A stretch of 64,000 nucleotides of DNA from Octopus sinensis (Eukaryota), in contig NC_043004.1 of the NCBI RefSeq assembly GCF_006345805.1, forward strand, positions 43,710,001 through 43,774,000, in the 5' to 3' direction. Under the pieces are notes generated by a model. That model worked only from the letters and a program-made list of their open reading frames with translations. It had not been told where the DNA came from and did no database searches. Below, in pieces: positions 27,350 through 38,499 of this stretch (its first letter is position 1; every line of letters begins with the position of its first letter). The translations under genes and the position numbers were made by a program.

Positions 27350-28890
27350 ACATTAGACATTATCTGGGAATTATACCACTCCTATAGGAAACCAGGTGAA
27401 ATTATGAGATGCGTGAACAAATTATCAAATCACCCACCTCCATGTGTTACAATCAGTGGTTAAAAGAATTTCTAAGAGAATTACGAAGTTATCAGCGAAT
27501 AAAGATATATTCAATACGGATATATTCAATTTCCACCATTACAACTTTGCTTTGTCTAAGGCAGTATACGTCAAAGAAATTAGTTTACTTGGTCCTGAAA
27601 ATATAGCACCTAGTTATAGTGAAAGTAGAGATATTTTAAGTGATAGAGGGATTACAAACCTACTTGGTCGGGAAAACTAACGAACTAGAAATGCGTCCAG
27701 CAAACCTATCAATATAAATTTTCAAAATAAGCAACAACAGAAAATTAGATACTATAACAAGTAGGAATTTTAGTTTAGATAATATGGGTAGTGAAGTAAA
27801 TGGACAGGTTGCTCTACTCTATAAGGATAAAAAAATACTGGCAATAGAAACATACCTAATAATCAAGCCACGATTTTGAAAGACGTTGAGAGAACAGGTA
27901 GATTCCGCCCTTAAATGCGCCATAAATCTGCAAAGGACTTCATCTGTTATAACGTTCCGTTCAACTAAGCCATATCCATAAACATATATAGGACATTTAT
28001 GACAATTTTAGAAATAACCCTACCTGTTTTCCATAGATATAAGGGAGTTTTTTCCCCATAAGTTTGAATCTCATACTCTACTCTCCCCAATATGGGTACC
28101 ATCATAGCAAAGTTAAATAGAAAGAATTTAAATTAACATGAGGTAGTAAAAATAACAATGTTAATGTCAATACTAACTTAAACCCAATACTGTGAATAAT
28201 AATATTAATAATGATGTAGAGAATAGAAACAGCTTGTACTAATGCTTCTAATATATACAATATGGACTATAGCTCTGAGATCCATACTAGCACAGGGACT
28301 GCTGATATGCCTGATGATGCTGAGATGAATGTGAATGATAATGCAATTGAAGGATGGAGAGATAATACCGGATATGAAAATAACACATACAATTGTAGTA
28401 GTAGGATTAATATTAATAGTAATATTAATAATAAAAATAGGATGGATATCAATAATATTAATAGTTGTAATTCTCCTTCTTGCAATTGTATGGTTAAATC
28501 CCATTGCCCTTTATTAGGCCGATGTCTAACCCAAAACGTAATCACAACTGTAGCAGGTAAATTTGGATATATAGGATGTTCAATAAATATTTAGAAAAGC
28601 ATGGATAACCATTGTTCATCTTTTAAGCGCGAACATAAGGCCAATTGTACGTCTTTATCTGGCAATATTTGGGAACTGAAGGAAAGCAGAATCGATTTTA
28701 GCCGTAAATGGGATATTATAAAGAAAGCACAGCCTTATAACGATAGTCGATACCGGTGCGAGCTGTGCTCTATGGAAACTCACAAAATTCTAAAGTATAG
28801 GGACAAAGAGCAACCTAGTTAAAAATAGATTAGATCTATGGGTATCATGCATACATAGGGTCAACAATACATTTAAATATTTTCGAAATC
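27350..28890 (+). mobile_element. Decayed Penelope-like element, 3' half (RT thumb plus GIY-YIG endonuclease; Neptune-like)
   Basis: YRKPG..VNKLSNHP, VLQSVVKRISKRITKLSANKDIFN..YNFAL, PNMGTII, CNCMVKSHCPLLGRCL, YIGC, NHCSSFK..NCTSLS..IWELK, RCELCSMETHKIL. Confidence 0.85.
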
Positions 28891-28894
28891 AGCG

Positions 28895-29450
28895 TTTATA
28901 GGTGCTACACTTGAAGCTTTCCTGTCGACTGAAGATGCTTCTCTATAGCAGTGTGGGAGCATTTCATTTTATCTGCAAGTTCCCTTGTCGTTTGACGAGA
29001 ATAATCGCTCTTCATCGAACTCAACTGGACGGCCAGAACGAGGTGCGGCTTTGAGGTCAATATTACCATTTTTCAACGTGGAATGCCAATCACGAGCGGT
29101 TCTTTCAGCTATGGCACCCTCTCCATACACAACATAAATGTCACCAGTAGATTCTGCGGCCTTAGAATCTTGATTAAAATCAAAATGAAGGAGTTGTCGA
29201 AAATGCTCTTTTTTCTTAATTTAATGATTGATTGATTGATTCTAGTTTCAGCTTATGAGCTGTGGCCATGCTGGGGCATAATGATCTGAAATAAACAAAA
29301 AATAACTAAGATTATCTAGAAAAATAACAAAATAGATTCCAAAATGATTCAAAAATAGAATTGTCGAAAAAAAATATTTCCAAATTTAAAAAGGCAATAA
29401 ATTTCAAAATTTAAAAATAAACGGCGGTAACTTAGTTTGCCAACCCAATA
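28895..29450 (-). mobile_element. Mariner 5' fragment with TIR
   Basis: KKEHFRQLLHFDFNQDSKAAE...VYGEGAIAERTARDW...APRSGRPVEFDEE..RQTTRELADKM; TIR rc TATTGGGTTGGC near 29438-29450. Confidence 0.85.
29229..29278 (-). mobile_element. 50-bp retroposed LINE 3' tail with 7-bp TSD
   Basis: TGCCCCAGCATGGCCACAGCTCATAAGCTGAAAC plus (AATC)n; TAATGAT duplicated at 29222-28 and 29279-85. Confidence 0.75.
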
Positions 29451-30739
29451 TTTGAAATTGCAACGTTTGATGAGATGTTGTAGAACATTCATTACTTAGT
29501 TAAACAATTCTCATAAGAAAAAAAATATCTGCAGTATTGGAGGTCTTCTGTTGGTTTTTCATCAAAATGTTATCTGAGCACTGGACAATATCATACCCAC
29601 TTAGAAAACATCTAACGCTTTTGTATCATTATCACAACTACTACACTGCAAACACGAATACGAAGATAAACAGCATTTAGACCTATCATTGTTTTATTAC
29701 TACGATACATAACCTAAATCATTGGCCTCTAATATCATGTTCTCTCATAAATGGAGCAGCAAAAGAAAGAAAAAATCTTCTACAGAAACTTCTCAGACAT
29801 ATTATTTAAAAGTTATTGATGTTTATTATGTTACCCATACAAATTAAAATAGAAAGTTAATTTATACGGGTCCTCTCCAAAACGCCGTTTTATGTTCATT
29901 TCGGGATTTTTGGATACTAAATGAAGATATTTATGCCTTATTTAACTGAGGTGCATTGTGACTGGTTCCTAGAAAACTAATGCCAGTCGGGAATCATTAT
30001 ACATTACAATTTAGATTGAATAGAACACCTCGCATTATTTGTCCTGAGTCTCTCAGGTCTGAGTTCATATTCTCTCAGGTCAAAGTCTGAGTTCATAGCC
30101 TCTCAGGTCTGAGTTCAGTCGAGGTTAAATTTCCCTATCATCATTTCGTGTTGGATAAACAAATAGCAGTCTAAGGCAGTGCATTAGTGAAATGGTTAGC
30201 GCGTCTGTCATTACGAATAATAGCAGCTATTCTGAGTTCATAGAACCTGAAGAATTCGAATCTGACGCTGTCGCTTCTGATAAATTGTAACCATACCCTC
30301 GTAGTTACGAACCCCAAATATTATCAGCTAACTGGATAACTAATGTGTATCGCATCATTATTTCGATCGGAAGATAATGCTACACCACTGGTATGGTATA
30401 TTCTGATCTAATAGCATGCAAGCTGGGAAATATAGCACATCATAATACGATGCCTTAATTACTGTCTTCAAGGCTGTTATAATTTATGGATGAGTAACTT
30501 TCATCAGATTATCTCTTCATTACACGTTGTTGTTTCATTTCTGCCGTTTAATTTCGAGGTGTTATCTACCGAGTCTGCAGTTTACAATTCTTGACACCAC
30601 TTTTCTAAAATTATAAACTTAAAAAAAAAAAGCTTTAGTTTCGATTTTAGCTTTGAAATAAACAAAATTATTCGCATTTTTTTTTCTGATCTTGTCTTCA
30701 TATTTACTATGCATAATTTAGATACATATGATGAATTAG

Positions 30740-30883
30740 ATATATGCTATTTATAGATATATGCTAAAGTGATATTTACAGATACATGCTATTTATATAT
30801 ATATGCTAAAGTAATATTTATAGACGTATGCCATTTATATATATATGTGAAAGTGATATTTATAGATACTTTCTATTTATATA

Positions 30884-30943
<60 letters not shown>

Positions 30944-31200
30944 TTCAGCTCAGAGCTGCGACCATGCTCATGCACCGCCGTTAAAAAATACAATGTGTGA
31001 TGCTTACAGCACCTAGGGTTCCCAAGCGGTCACCCATCTAAGTACTAACTAGGCTCGACGTTGCTTAACTTCGATGATCGGACGAGAACCGGTGCCTTGA
31101 ACGTGATATGGCCGTAGGCTAAAGTAATATTTTACAGATATATGCTTAAGTGATATTTATTGATATATGCGTTTTATAGTTGTATGCTTTAGTGATATTA
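30740..31200. repeat. Degenerate roughly 40-bp AT-rich minisatellite interrupted by the 5S insertion
   Basis: Repeated TATGCTAAAGT(G/A)ATATTTA(C/T)AGA units on both sides of 30943-31119. Confidence 0.8.
31000..31119 (-). rRNA. 5S: Full-length dispersed 5S rRNA copy (likely retroposed pseudogene)
   Basis: GCCTACGGCCATATCACG...GTCCGATCATCGAAGTTAAGCAACGTCGAGCCTAGTTAGTACTTAGATGGGTGACCGCTTGGGAA...GGTGCTGTAAGCAT; boxes A and C recognisable, C3.A mismatch in helix I, T6 about 12 nt downstream. Confidence 0.95.
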
Positions 31201-32101
31201 TATCAATAAATAAATTTTTTAATTGTAGACATATATCTATCGAATTGCGCATTAGTATTGTACAGCTGTAGTAAATGGGATTCCTGAAATACCAAATTAC
31301 TTTTGAAGATAAATGCAATAGCTATTGCATTAAACAGATTACGTACTGATGTGGACAATCGTGCGTAATAGCGCAAGCTATGGCCGTTAAATCAGTGGAG
31401 AGAAGAGCCTTCCAAAGCAACAGACTGGATTAGAAATTCGAATTTGAAATTACTGAATGCGTGGAAGAAGGTAATATTTCAGTGAAATCTGTTGGGTAGT
31501 TCTCGGGTTTTAGCGATGCCCACATACACAAACACAGGCAGACAGACACTCATTATCAGTTTTATATATATAGACATAGTATATATACATATATACACAC
31601 ATGTATATACACGCTCTTGCATTTGATTTCTTTTATGCGTTACGATGCTCATATAATTTCTAGATGATATTAATTATATGTAGCATTACTTTATCGTTTC
31701 TGAGAAGGGGTGGTATAATTTAAACCGTTAATTGATTATCAAATAGATTGCGAAAAGGGACATATCACAAAAAATGTAGATACAATTAATTAGTTTAGCA
31801 GAAAAATATGATATGCTTTTCGTTTTGTTCATAAGATGTCAAAAGTGAGAGAAAGCGTTATATTTTAATATTATATACTAGGAAAGATACCCGAGGTTGC
31901 AAGGGATTAAAGTGGTATAGGTTCGTATTTTTTCGCTACTTTCGGTCATGTGACAGTGGATATGATAGGGTAGCGCATTCAGTCGAAGAAATCGAACCAA
32001 AGATTTATTCTTTGTAAGCCTATTACTTATTTTTTCAGAAAACACAGCATTATCGTTTGTGAAGCGAAGGTGGGAGTACAAACACAGATACACAAACATA
32101 G

Positions 32102-32242
<141 letters not shown>

Positions 32243-33033
32243 TACATATATATATACACACACATATATATAAATAACAAACAGATGTATTAGTTTAACG
32301 CTCGGGCAATCAGAAAGTATTTTACGTTTCGAGACTACGCTGTTCGACAGAAAGAAACACAGAAATAAACAGGGAGAGAAAATAGGAAAAGGTTTAGTGG
32401 CTAGGGATTTATCATGGCGAATCTCGGACAGAGGGATCACACAGAAGTGCTAGGAGGAAGGGGAGATAATAAAGTAGTGGTGAGCCAAAAAGATGGTGCA
32501 CGTGAGTGTGTATGTCAGAGAGTGTAGTGGTGTGGTGGTGTGTGGCGTATGGTGTGGTGTAGGGGTGATCGAGCGTGGGGAATGCAAGAGTAGGGGAAGC
32601 AACGGTTGGGGTCGAAGTGATGGGGTGGGGTGGGATGTATAGGGATGGTAGGGTAGAAATGTATACGGGTGGGGTAACGAAGGAGGTGACGATGAAGGGA
32701 GAGGGTTGAAGGCTTGAAGGTGGGTATATACAAATACATATATATATATGCATATATGAACATATATATACATATATATATATACACGCACATATATATA
32801 CTATATATACATAAATATATTCATATATATGTATATATACATATTTATATATATGCATATATACATATATATATATACGTATGTATATATATAAATATAT
32901 GTATATATGTATATATATATATATATGTGTGTATATATATATATACATATATATACGTATACATAAATATATATATATATTTATATATATATATATGTAC
33001 GTATATATATATACACATATATATATATATGTT

Positions 33034-33103
<70 letters not shown>

Positions 33104-33368
33104 GCAATTAAGGACAACTACTTAATAAGGAAAACTTAACAAGAAATTGTCAGGTAGATAGCGTAAAAACCTCATAAGAGAAAAAATTTCGAACATAATT
33201 ATTTCTTATTGAACATATTAATTTATATATAGAGGGCATTATACATACATGCCAGAAGGCATTATACATACATGCCAAACGCTAAGAGGGACAATTAGTC
33301 ATTTCTACCAAAAATATTACTAATCCCACCGAATGCAATCTTTCAAAGTAAGACATTTAAAAAAATAT

Positions 33369-33416
33369 AGACCTGTATCACAGTGATTTCATACTTACGT
33401 ACTCATCAGCAGGCCT
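33369..33416 (-). ncRNA. Minimal type I hammerhead ribozyme, copy 1
   Basis: Exact reverse complement of 33798-33845. Confidence 0.85.
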
Positions 33417-33797
33417 GAATGTATTATAAATAAACAGCGACCCTGCCCCGCTTAAGCCGATCAGCTAACTGCTCAACATCAACGAAGCACATGGGTGAGT
33501 TTACATATATTACATCCGGATAAATGGCAAACTTCTACGAATTGCATTTCGGGAGAGGAAAAGTTTTTTTCGGAATAAAAATTTAGCAATTAAGGACAAC
33601 TACTTAATAAGGAAAACTTAACAAGAAATTGTCAGGTAGATAGCGTAAAAACCTCATAAGAGAAAAAATTTCGAAAATAATTATTTCTTATTGAACATAT
33701 TAATTTATATATAGAGGGCATTATACATACATGCCAGAAGGCATTATACATACATGCCTTCTGGTGGGCAGGGTCGTTGTTTATTTATAATACATTC

Positions 33798-33845
33798 AGG
33801 CCTGCTGATGAGTACGTAAGTATGAAATCACTGTGATACAGGTCT
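33798..33845 (+). ncRNA. Minimal type I hammerhead ribozyme, copy 2
   Basis: AGGCCTG-CTGATGA-GTAC gtaa GTAT-GAAA-TCACTGTGAT-A-CAGGTCT: 7-bp stem I, 4-bp stem II, palindromic stem III ATCAC-T-GTGAT, AUA triplet; predicted cut after 33838. Confidence 0.88.
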
Positions 33846-34279
33846 ATATTTTTTTTAAATGTCTTACTTTGAAAAATTGCATTCGGTGGGATTAGTAATA
33901 TTTTTGGTAGAAATGACTAATTGTCCCTCTTAGCGTTTGGCATGTATGTATAATGCCTTCTGGCATGTATGTATAATGCCCTCTATATATAAATTAATAT
34001 GTTCAATAAGAAATAATTATTTTCGAAATTTTTTCTCTTATGAGGTTTTTATGCTATCTACCTGACAATTTCTTGTTAAGTTTTCCTTATTAAGTAGTTG
34101 TCCTTAATTGCTAAATTTTTATTCCGAAAAAACTTTTCCTCTCCCGAAATGCAATTCGTAAAAGTTTGCCATTTATCCGGATGTAATATATGTAAACTCA
34201 CCCATGTGCTTCGTTGATGTTGAGCATTTAGCTGATCGGCTTAAGCGGGGCAGGGTCGTTGTTTATTTATAATACATTC

Positions 34280-34327
34280 AGGCCTGCTGATGAGTACGTA
34301 AGTATGAAATCACTGTGATACAGGTCT
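34280..34327 (+). ncRNA. Minimal type I hammerhead ribozyme, copy 3
   Basis: Identical to copy 2, exactly 482 nt downstream; predicted cut after 34320. Confidence 0.88.
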
Positions 34328-34438
34328 ATACTTTTTTAAACGTCTTACTTTGAAAAATTGCATTCGGTGGGATTAGTAATATTTTTGGTAGAAATGACTA
34401 ATTGTCCCTCTTAGCGTTTGGCATGTATGTATAATGGC

Positions 34439-34525
<87 letters not shown>

Positions 34526-34957
34526 GAATATATATATATATATACGATGTATAGGCGTAATGTGTGTCTGTCTGTATTTGCGTATGTATGCATCACTAAA
34601 ACTCGAGAACTACCCAACAGATTTCATTCAAATCTTACGCATGTTTTTCTTACGGTACATGCAGTGTCATGCACCAAGAACTTCTCATCTTCTTGCATGT
34701 TGCGTGTACGGACCAATTTCTTATATCTTGTCTGGGTGTGAGGGAGAGAGAGAGAGTTTGACAGCGTCTAACAAAAACGGTAAAGACAAAATGTGTGTGA
34801 TGTAGAAGAGGGTGAATGACATCAATAGAGCGTATATACGGTGTCCCTCACCTACCACCACTCCACCCTTTCAGGGGTCGATGAAATATGTGTCAGTTGA
34901 GTACTGGAGTCGATGTATACGAATAAGCCTCTCCCAAAATATTGCTGCCTCGTGCTA

Positions 34958-35714
34958 AAACATTAATTTAAAATATACTCTCCTTCATTTTCTACAATGC
35001 TCTTCCACCTATCTGGTAGACTCGCAACGCCCCGCTTCCAAAATTCATTTGTTCGTGATGAAAAATACTCGTCCAGTATTGTTCTGACCTCGTCTATAGA
35101 ATTTGTATCTTTTCCGTCCAAATGATTTTGAAGATTGTGGGATTTAACGATATCAGATGGGGTAATGTCGGCGAATATGTTGGGTGGGACATCGTTTCCC
35201 ATTCAGATTGCTCAAGCCTTTTGAATGTCATCCTCACTGTATGTGGCTGAGCATTATACTGATAGAAAAATACCTCACGTTTTGAAACCAAAGTTGTTTT
35301 TTTTCTTCTAGCGATGACCCGTCGAGTTCTGCAGATCTTCCAGGACGAGTCTCCTCTTTTAGACTATAGTTTCTGGCTCGGAAATTTTGGAATCACGGTT
35401 GACACTGGCTTACGCTTATTGTCGGATCCCCATATACTGCATTCATATTCACCGCACTTTCTGCTGCGCTATTGCCTTTATTGAACTCTTAAATAGAAAT
35501 ATACCGAAAACGTTCCTTTGTCACTTCAATTACAGCTTCGAAAATATAACTTGAAATCGAACTGCACACTTCAAAACTTGCCTTAAAAATAAGTACAAGG
35601 TAAAATTACTAACCGTTTTTATAATAAGTTTATGCAAGTAGTTTATCCTGTCCCCACTCTGATATTTAGTTCATGCAATTGAAACAACACGCATTATGCA
35701 TGGGAAAACCCAAT
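34958..35714 (-). mobile_element. Internally deleted mariner with 5' TIR
   Basis: MEVTKERFRY..NKGNSAAESA..VYGD..RPGRS, then YQYNAQPHT, HPTYSPT, SLPDRWKSIVENEGEYILN*; TIR rc TATTGGGTTTTCCCATGCATAATG. Confidence 0.85.
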
Positions 35715-35749
35715 ACATAGTTAAATGAAAGACTCTTTTTATTCGGGGG

Positions 35750-36370
35750 AACGAAAAACGGTTGCAGGGAGCAAGATCGGGTAAACGGGGGCATTCAATG
35801 TTTGGTCATAAACTGTCTCACTAACAAGACAGTGTGCGAAGTTGCATTGTCGTGAAGAAACCAGCACTCTCCACGTTTTCGTCTCGCCATATCTTGCAAA
35901 CACTTCAGAACTGCTAAGTAAAATGTCTAGTTATCAGTTTGACCAGGAGGAAAAAATACTCTGTCGACAATTCCTTTCGCATCGATGATACAAATCAGCA
36001 TCGTTTTGACATTGGACTTGATGTACTTTTGATGTACTTGATGTACCTTTGAAGGGCGTTGTGATATTGAATGCTCCCATTGACTTCATTGCTGTTTCGT
36101 TTCCGGTTTTTAGCCGTAGAAACAGCTTTTGTAACCAGTGATGACCTTCGAAAAAGGTTCGGGTCAACTTCTATCTGATATTTCAGTTCACGACTCACAT
36201 TCAGTTGTGACTGCTCCTGTGAGCAGTGATGCACATATTTAGCTGCAACTCTTTTCATTCACAATTCCTCGCTGAAAATTCGTTGGAAGTAGCTCCAAAA
36301 CACACCAGTCATATCAACAAGTTCGTCAATTGTTCGGTGACGATCCCCCATGATCAGTTCATAGACATAA
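35750..36370 (-). mobile_element. Decayed mariner fragment (second family)
   Basis: MKRVAAKYV..EQ..ELKYQIEVDPNLF resembles the mariner RRVAAKFVP linker and catalytic-domain start. Confidence 0.7.
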
Positions 36371-36653
36371 ATGCCACTTATCATTGATAATTATATATGA
36401 GTCGTTTTCCTCACAGACTCTAGAAGATGTTTAAGCACCATTTCGATAGTCTTAACCAAGTCGAAACATCTAACAATAATATGATGATTATTGTTTATTT
36501 TAGAATGGAGAGGAATTATAATCAGATCCGTGGTCTAGTTTGTTTAACAAAGCTTTTGAAACAATTTGCCACGCCATCATCAAGGACGCTTCTAATGTTA
36601 CCTCTAAACACTTCAATGACATTTGACCACATCTCTGTCTGTTTGTGTGTCTG

Positions 36654-36690
<37 letters not shown>

Positions 36691-36889
36691 ATCTCTCTCT
36701 GTATCTCTGTCTCTGTCTCTCTCTCTCTTATCGGTCGTGTTATTCTTTGCTCCGCAGTGAAAGATTGTTTTTGTGCTCAAAAGTTTGAAAATTTGCTGTT
36801 TTGGTCGTCGAGGCCACTTCTTTTCTGCTGTTGCAGCAGAGTTCTGCTGTTCTTTCCCCCTTGTTTCAAGGGGGAAGTGACGAAAAGAC

Positions 36890-38212
36890 ATGAATTTGCA
36901 ACCAGTCTCCTCCGAGTCGGAGGAAAACGTTGAAAATTTGTTTGAAGGCATGAAGGCGAAAATGCGGGAGGAGGAAGGTAGAAGTAAAGAGACGTCTCAC
37001 GCGAGCGTTACAAAAGCAGAAGACAATATGTCTGGCGAAGCTAGTAAACGACAAGAAAAAGCAAAAATAAATTTTGCGAGTGCAGCAACTCGCCCCTGTG
37101 AAAATATAGTCATCAACAAGGAAGAATTAAAGAAATACCAAGGACTACTAAAAAAAGAAGGTGATAATGTGAAGTTGTTCCCTCCCAGTGAATTGATTTA
37201 CGCGACGGAGAGAAAAACTGTCATATATAAGACGTATAATGTAAAAAATAAGAAAATTGACTTCGTACATAGAGAAGCCATTGAAAAATGTTTGAGGCCG
37301 ATATGGCAACAAACTACATTTATAACAAGGGGTAGTCGCTTCGGCACGGTAGAGGTGCGTTTCCCTAGCGAAGAAATAGCTAGGGAACATTCAACAAGAA
37401 CGTTGAAGTCAGAAGAGGTAGTTCTTTTACCATTTTATTTAGGAATGAGAACTAGCAGAATAACGGTTACGGACATTCCGCCCGAAGTAGATGTGGATTT
37501 CATAACAGCAGCGATTCTCTTAGGCAAAGAGGAAGAAATTGCCATTCTTCAGTCTAAAAGATATCGCCCCACAACCTGGTATGGACAGGACTTAGAGCTT
37601 GTGATCCAAGCGAACCCCTCGGACTTGGAAAAATTGCCAAGCTCCCTCACCATTGGAGATAATACCACCTTGATGGTAATAGTCGAGGGAAGAAAACCGA
37701 GGTGCTATAAATGTGGCGAGAAAGGCCACATAAGTTCGAGCTGCAAGAAGACAGCGAAAGAAAATACTACAGAGGCAAGCACGACGCCGAAAACAACTTC
37801 ACCGCTAGAAATAGCAGCCACGTCGCGCACCCCAATTGCCGAAATTCAGCCGACAACGGGAGAAAACAACGATGACAACAACAACAACAACATCCAGGAG
37901 TGGGTCAACGTGGAAGCTTCAAAAAGAAGACGGAAACGGAAAAATCCACCCTCTTCGGATACACAGGACTATACTCTGACACAGACAAGCACACCCACAC
38001 CCACAAATACAGTCGCAAACACACACGTAGCCAAAAAAACACACATACTGGAAAAAGCACACACAATCACTCACACACCTACCACAAGCACGCACACACT
38101 TACAAACACCCACGCTTCTACAAGCACACACACACCCACAAACACACACACACAGCCCCCTCCACAATCACCTAACAAAAAAAAAAAGAAACACATTCAC
38201 GGCGATAAATAA
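36890..38212 (+). CDS. LINE ORF1 nucleic-acid-binding protein (Tx1/L1 type, one CCHC zinc knuckle)
   Basis: 440-aa ATG ORF; CYKCGEKGHISSSC at 37703-37744 preceded by an RRM-like region; Thr-rich tail. The original ORF may have extended to about 38498. Confidence 0.85.
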   Translation: MNLQPVSSESEENVENLFEGMKAKMREEEGRSKETSHASVTKAEDNMSGEASKRQEKAKINFASAATRPCENIVINKEELKKYQGLLKKEGDNVKLFPPSELIYATERKTVIYKTYNVKNKKIDFVHREAIEKCLRPIWQQTTFITRGSRFGTVEVRFPSEEIAREHSTRTLKSEEVVLLPFYLGMRTSRITVTDIPPEVDVDFITAAILLGKEEEIAILQSKRYRPTTWYGQDLELVIQANPSDLEKLPSSLTIGDNTTLMVIVEGRKPRCYKCGEKGHISSSCKKTAKENTTEASTTPKTTSPLEIAATSRTPIAEIQPTTGENNDDNNNNNIQEWVNVEASKRRRKRKNPPSSDTQDYTLTQTSTPTPTNTVANTHVAKKTHILEKAHTITHTPTTSTHTLTNTHASTSTHTPTNTHTQPPPQSPNKKKKKHIHGDK

Positions 38213-38499
38213 AAACAATAACCTATTAAGGGAAAAAATTAATTTACTGAAATCGGCGAAAAAATATATCGCAACAGATATAAATAGTATTATATCTGAA
38301 AATGTAGAATTTTATACAATAGATAACGCGGATTATTTTGAAATTAAAAAATATTTTGCGGAGGACGTAGGCCCGTTACAGATGAACTTTTCAAGCCATC
38401 TGTACAAGCAATTCGCAAAAAAACTGACCTCGCAAAACACAACACTCACAGACAGAAAAGTTTTAAACATTCGACTAAATTTTCACTTTCTCGTTTAAA

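Larger units (their letters stand above)
33101..34438. mobile_element. Tandem plus inverted array of a 482-bp non-coding hammerhead-bearing monomer (retrozyme/PLE-derived)
   Basis: Left arm 33101-33758 (period 482, minus sense) and right arm 33766-34438 (period 482, plus sense); copies differ by only a few substitutions. Confidence 0.9.

Noticed and set aside
28925-28965. CTGAAGA followed by a TGCTTCT/GGGAGCA hairpin just after the GIY-YIG region
   Set aside because: No GAAA or stem III; the minus strand is mariner coding sequence (KCSHTAIEKHLQ)
31000-31119. Functional tandem 5S rDNA locus
   Set aside because: Single copy, helix I mismatch and other substitutions, inserted in a minisatellite with a LINE tail
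30740-31200. CRISPR-like repeat-spacer pattern (also considered at 60860-61760)
   Set aside because: Degenerate eukaryotic minisatellites, with no fixed repeat length, unique spacers or cas genes
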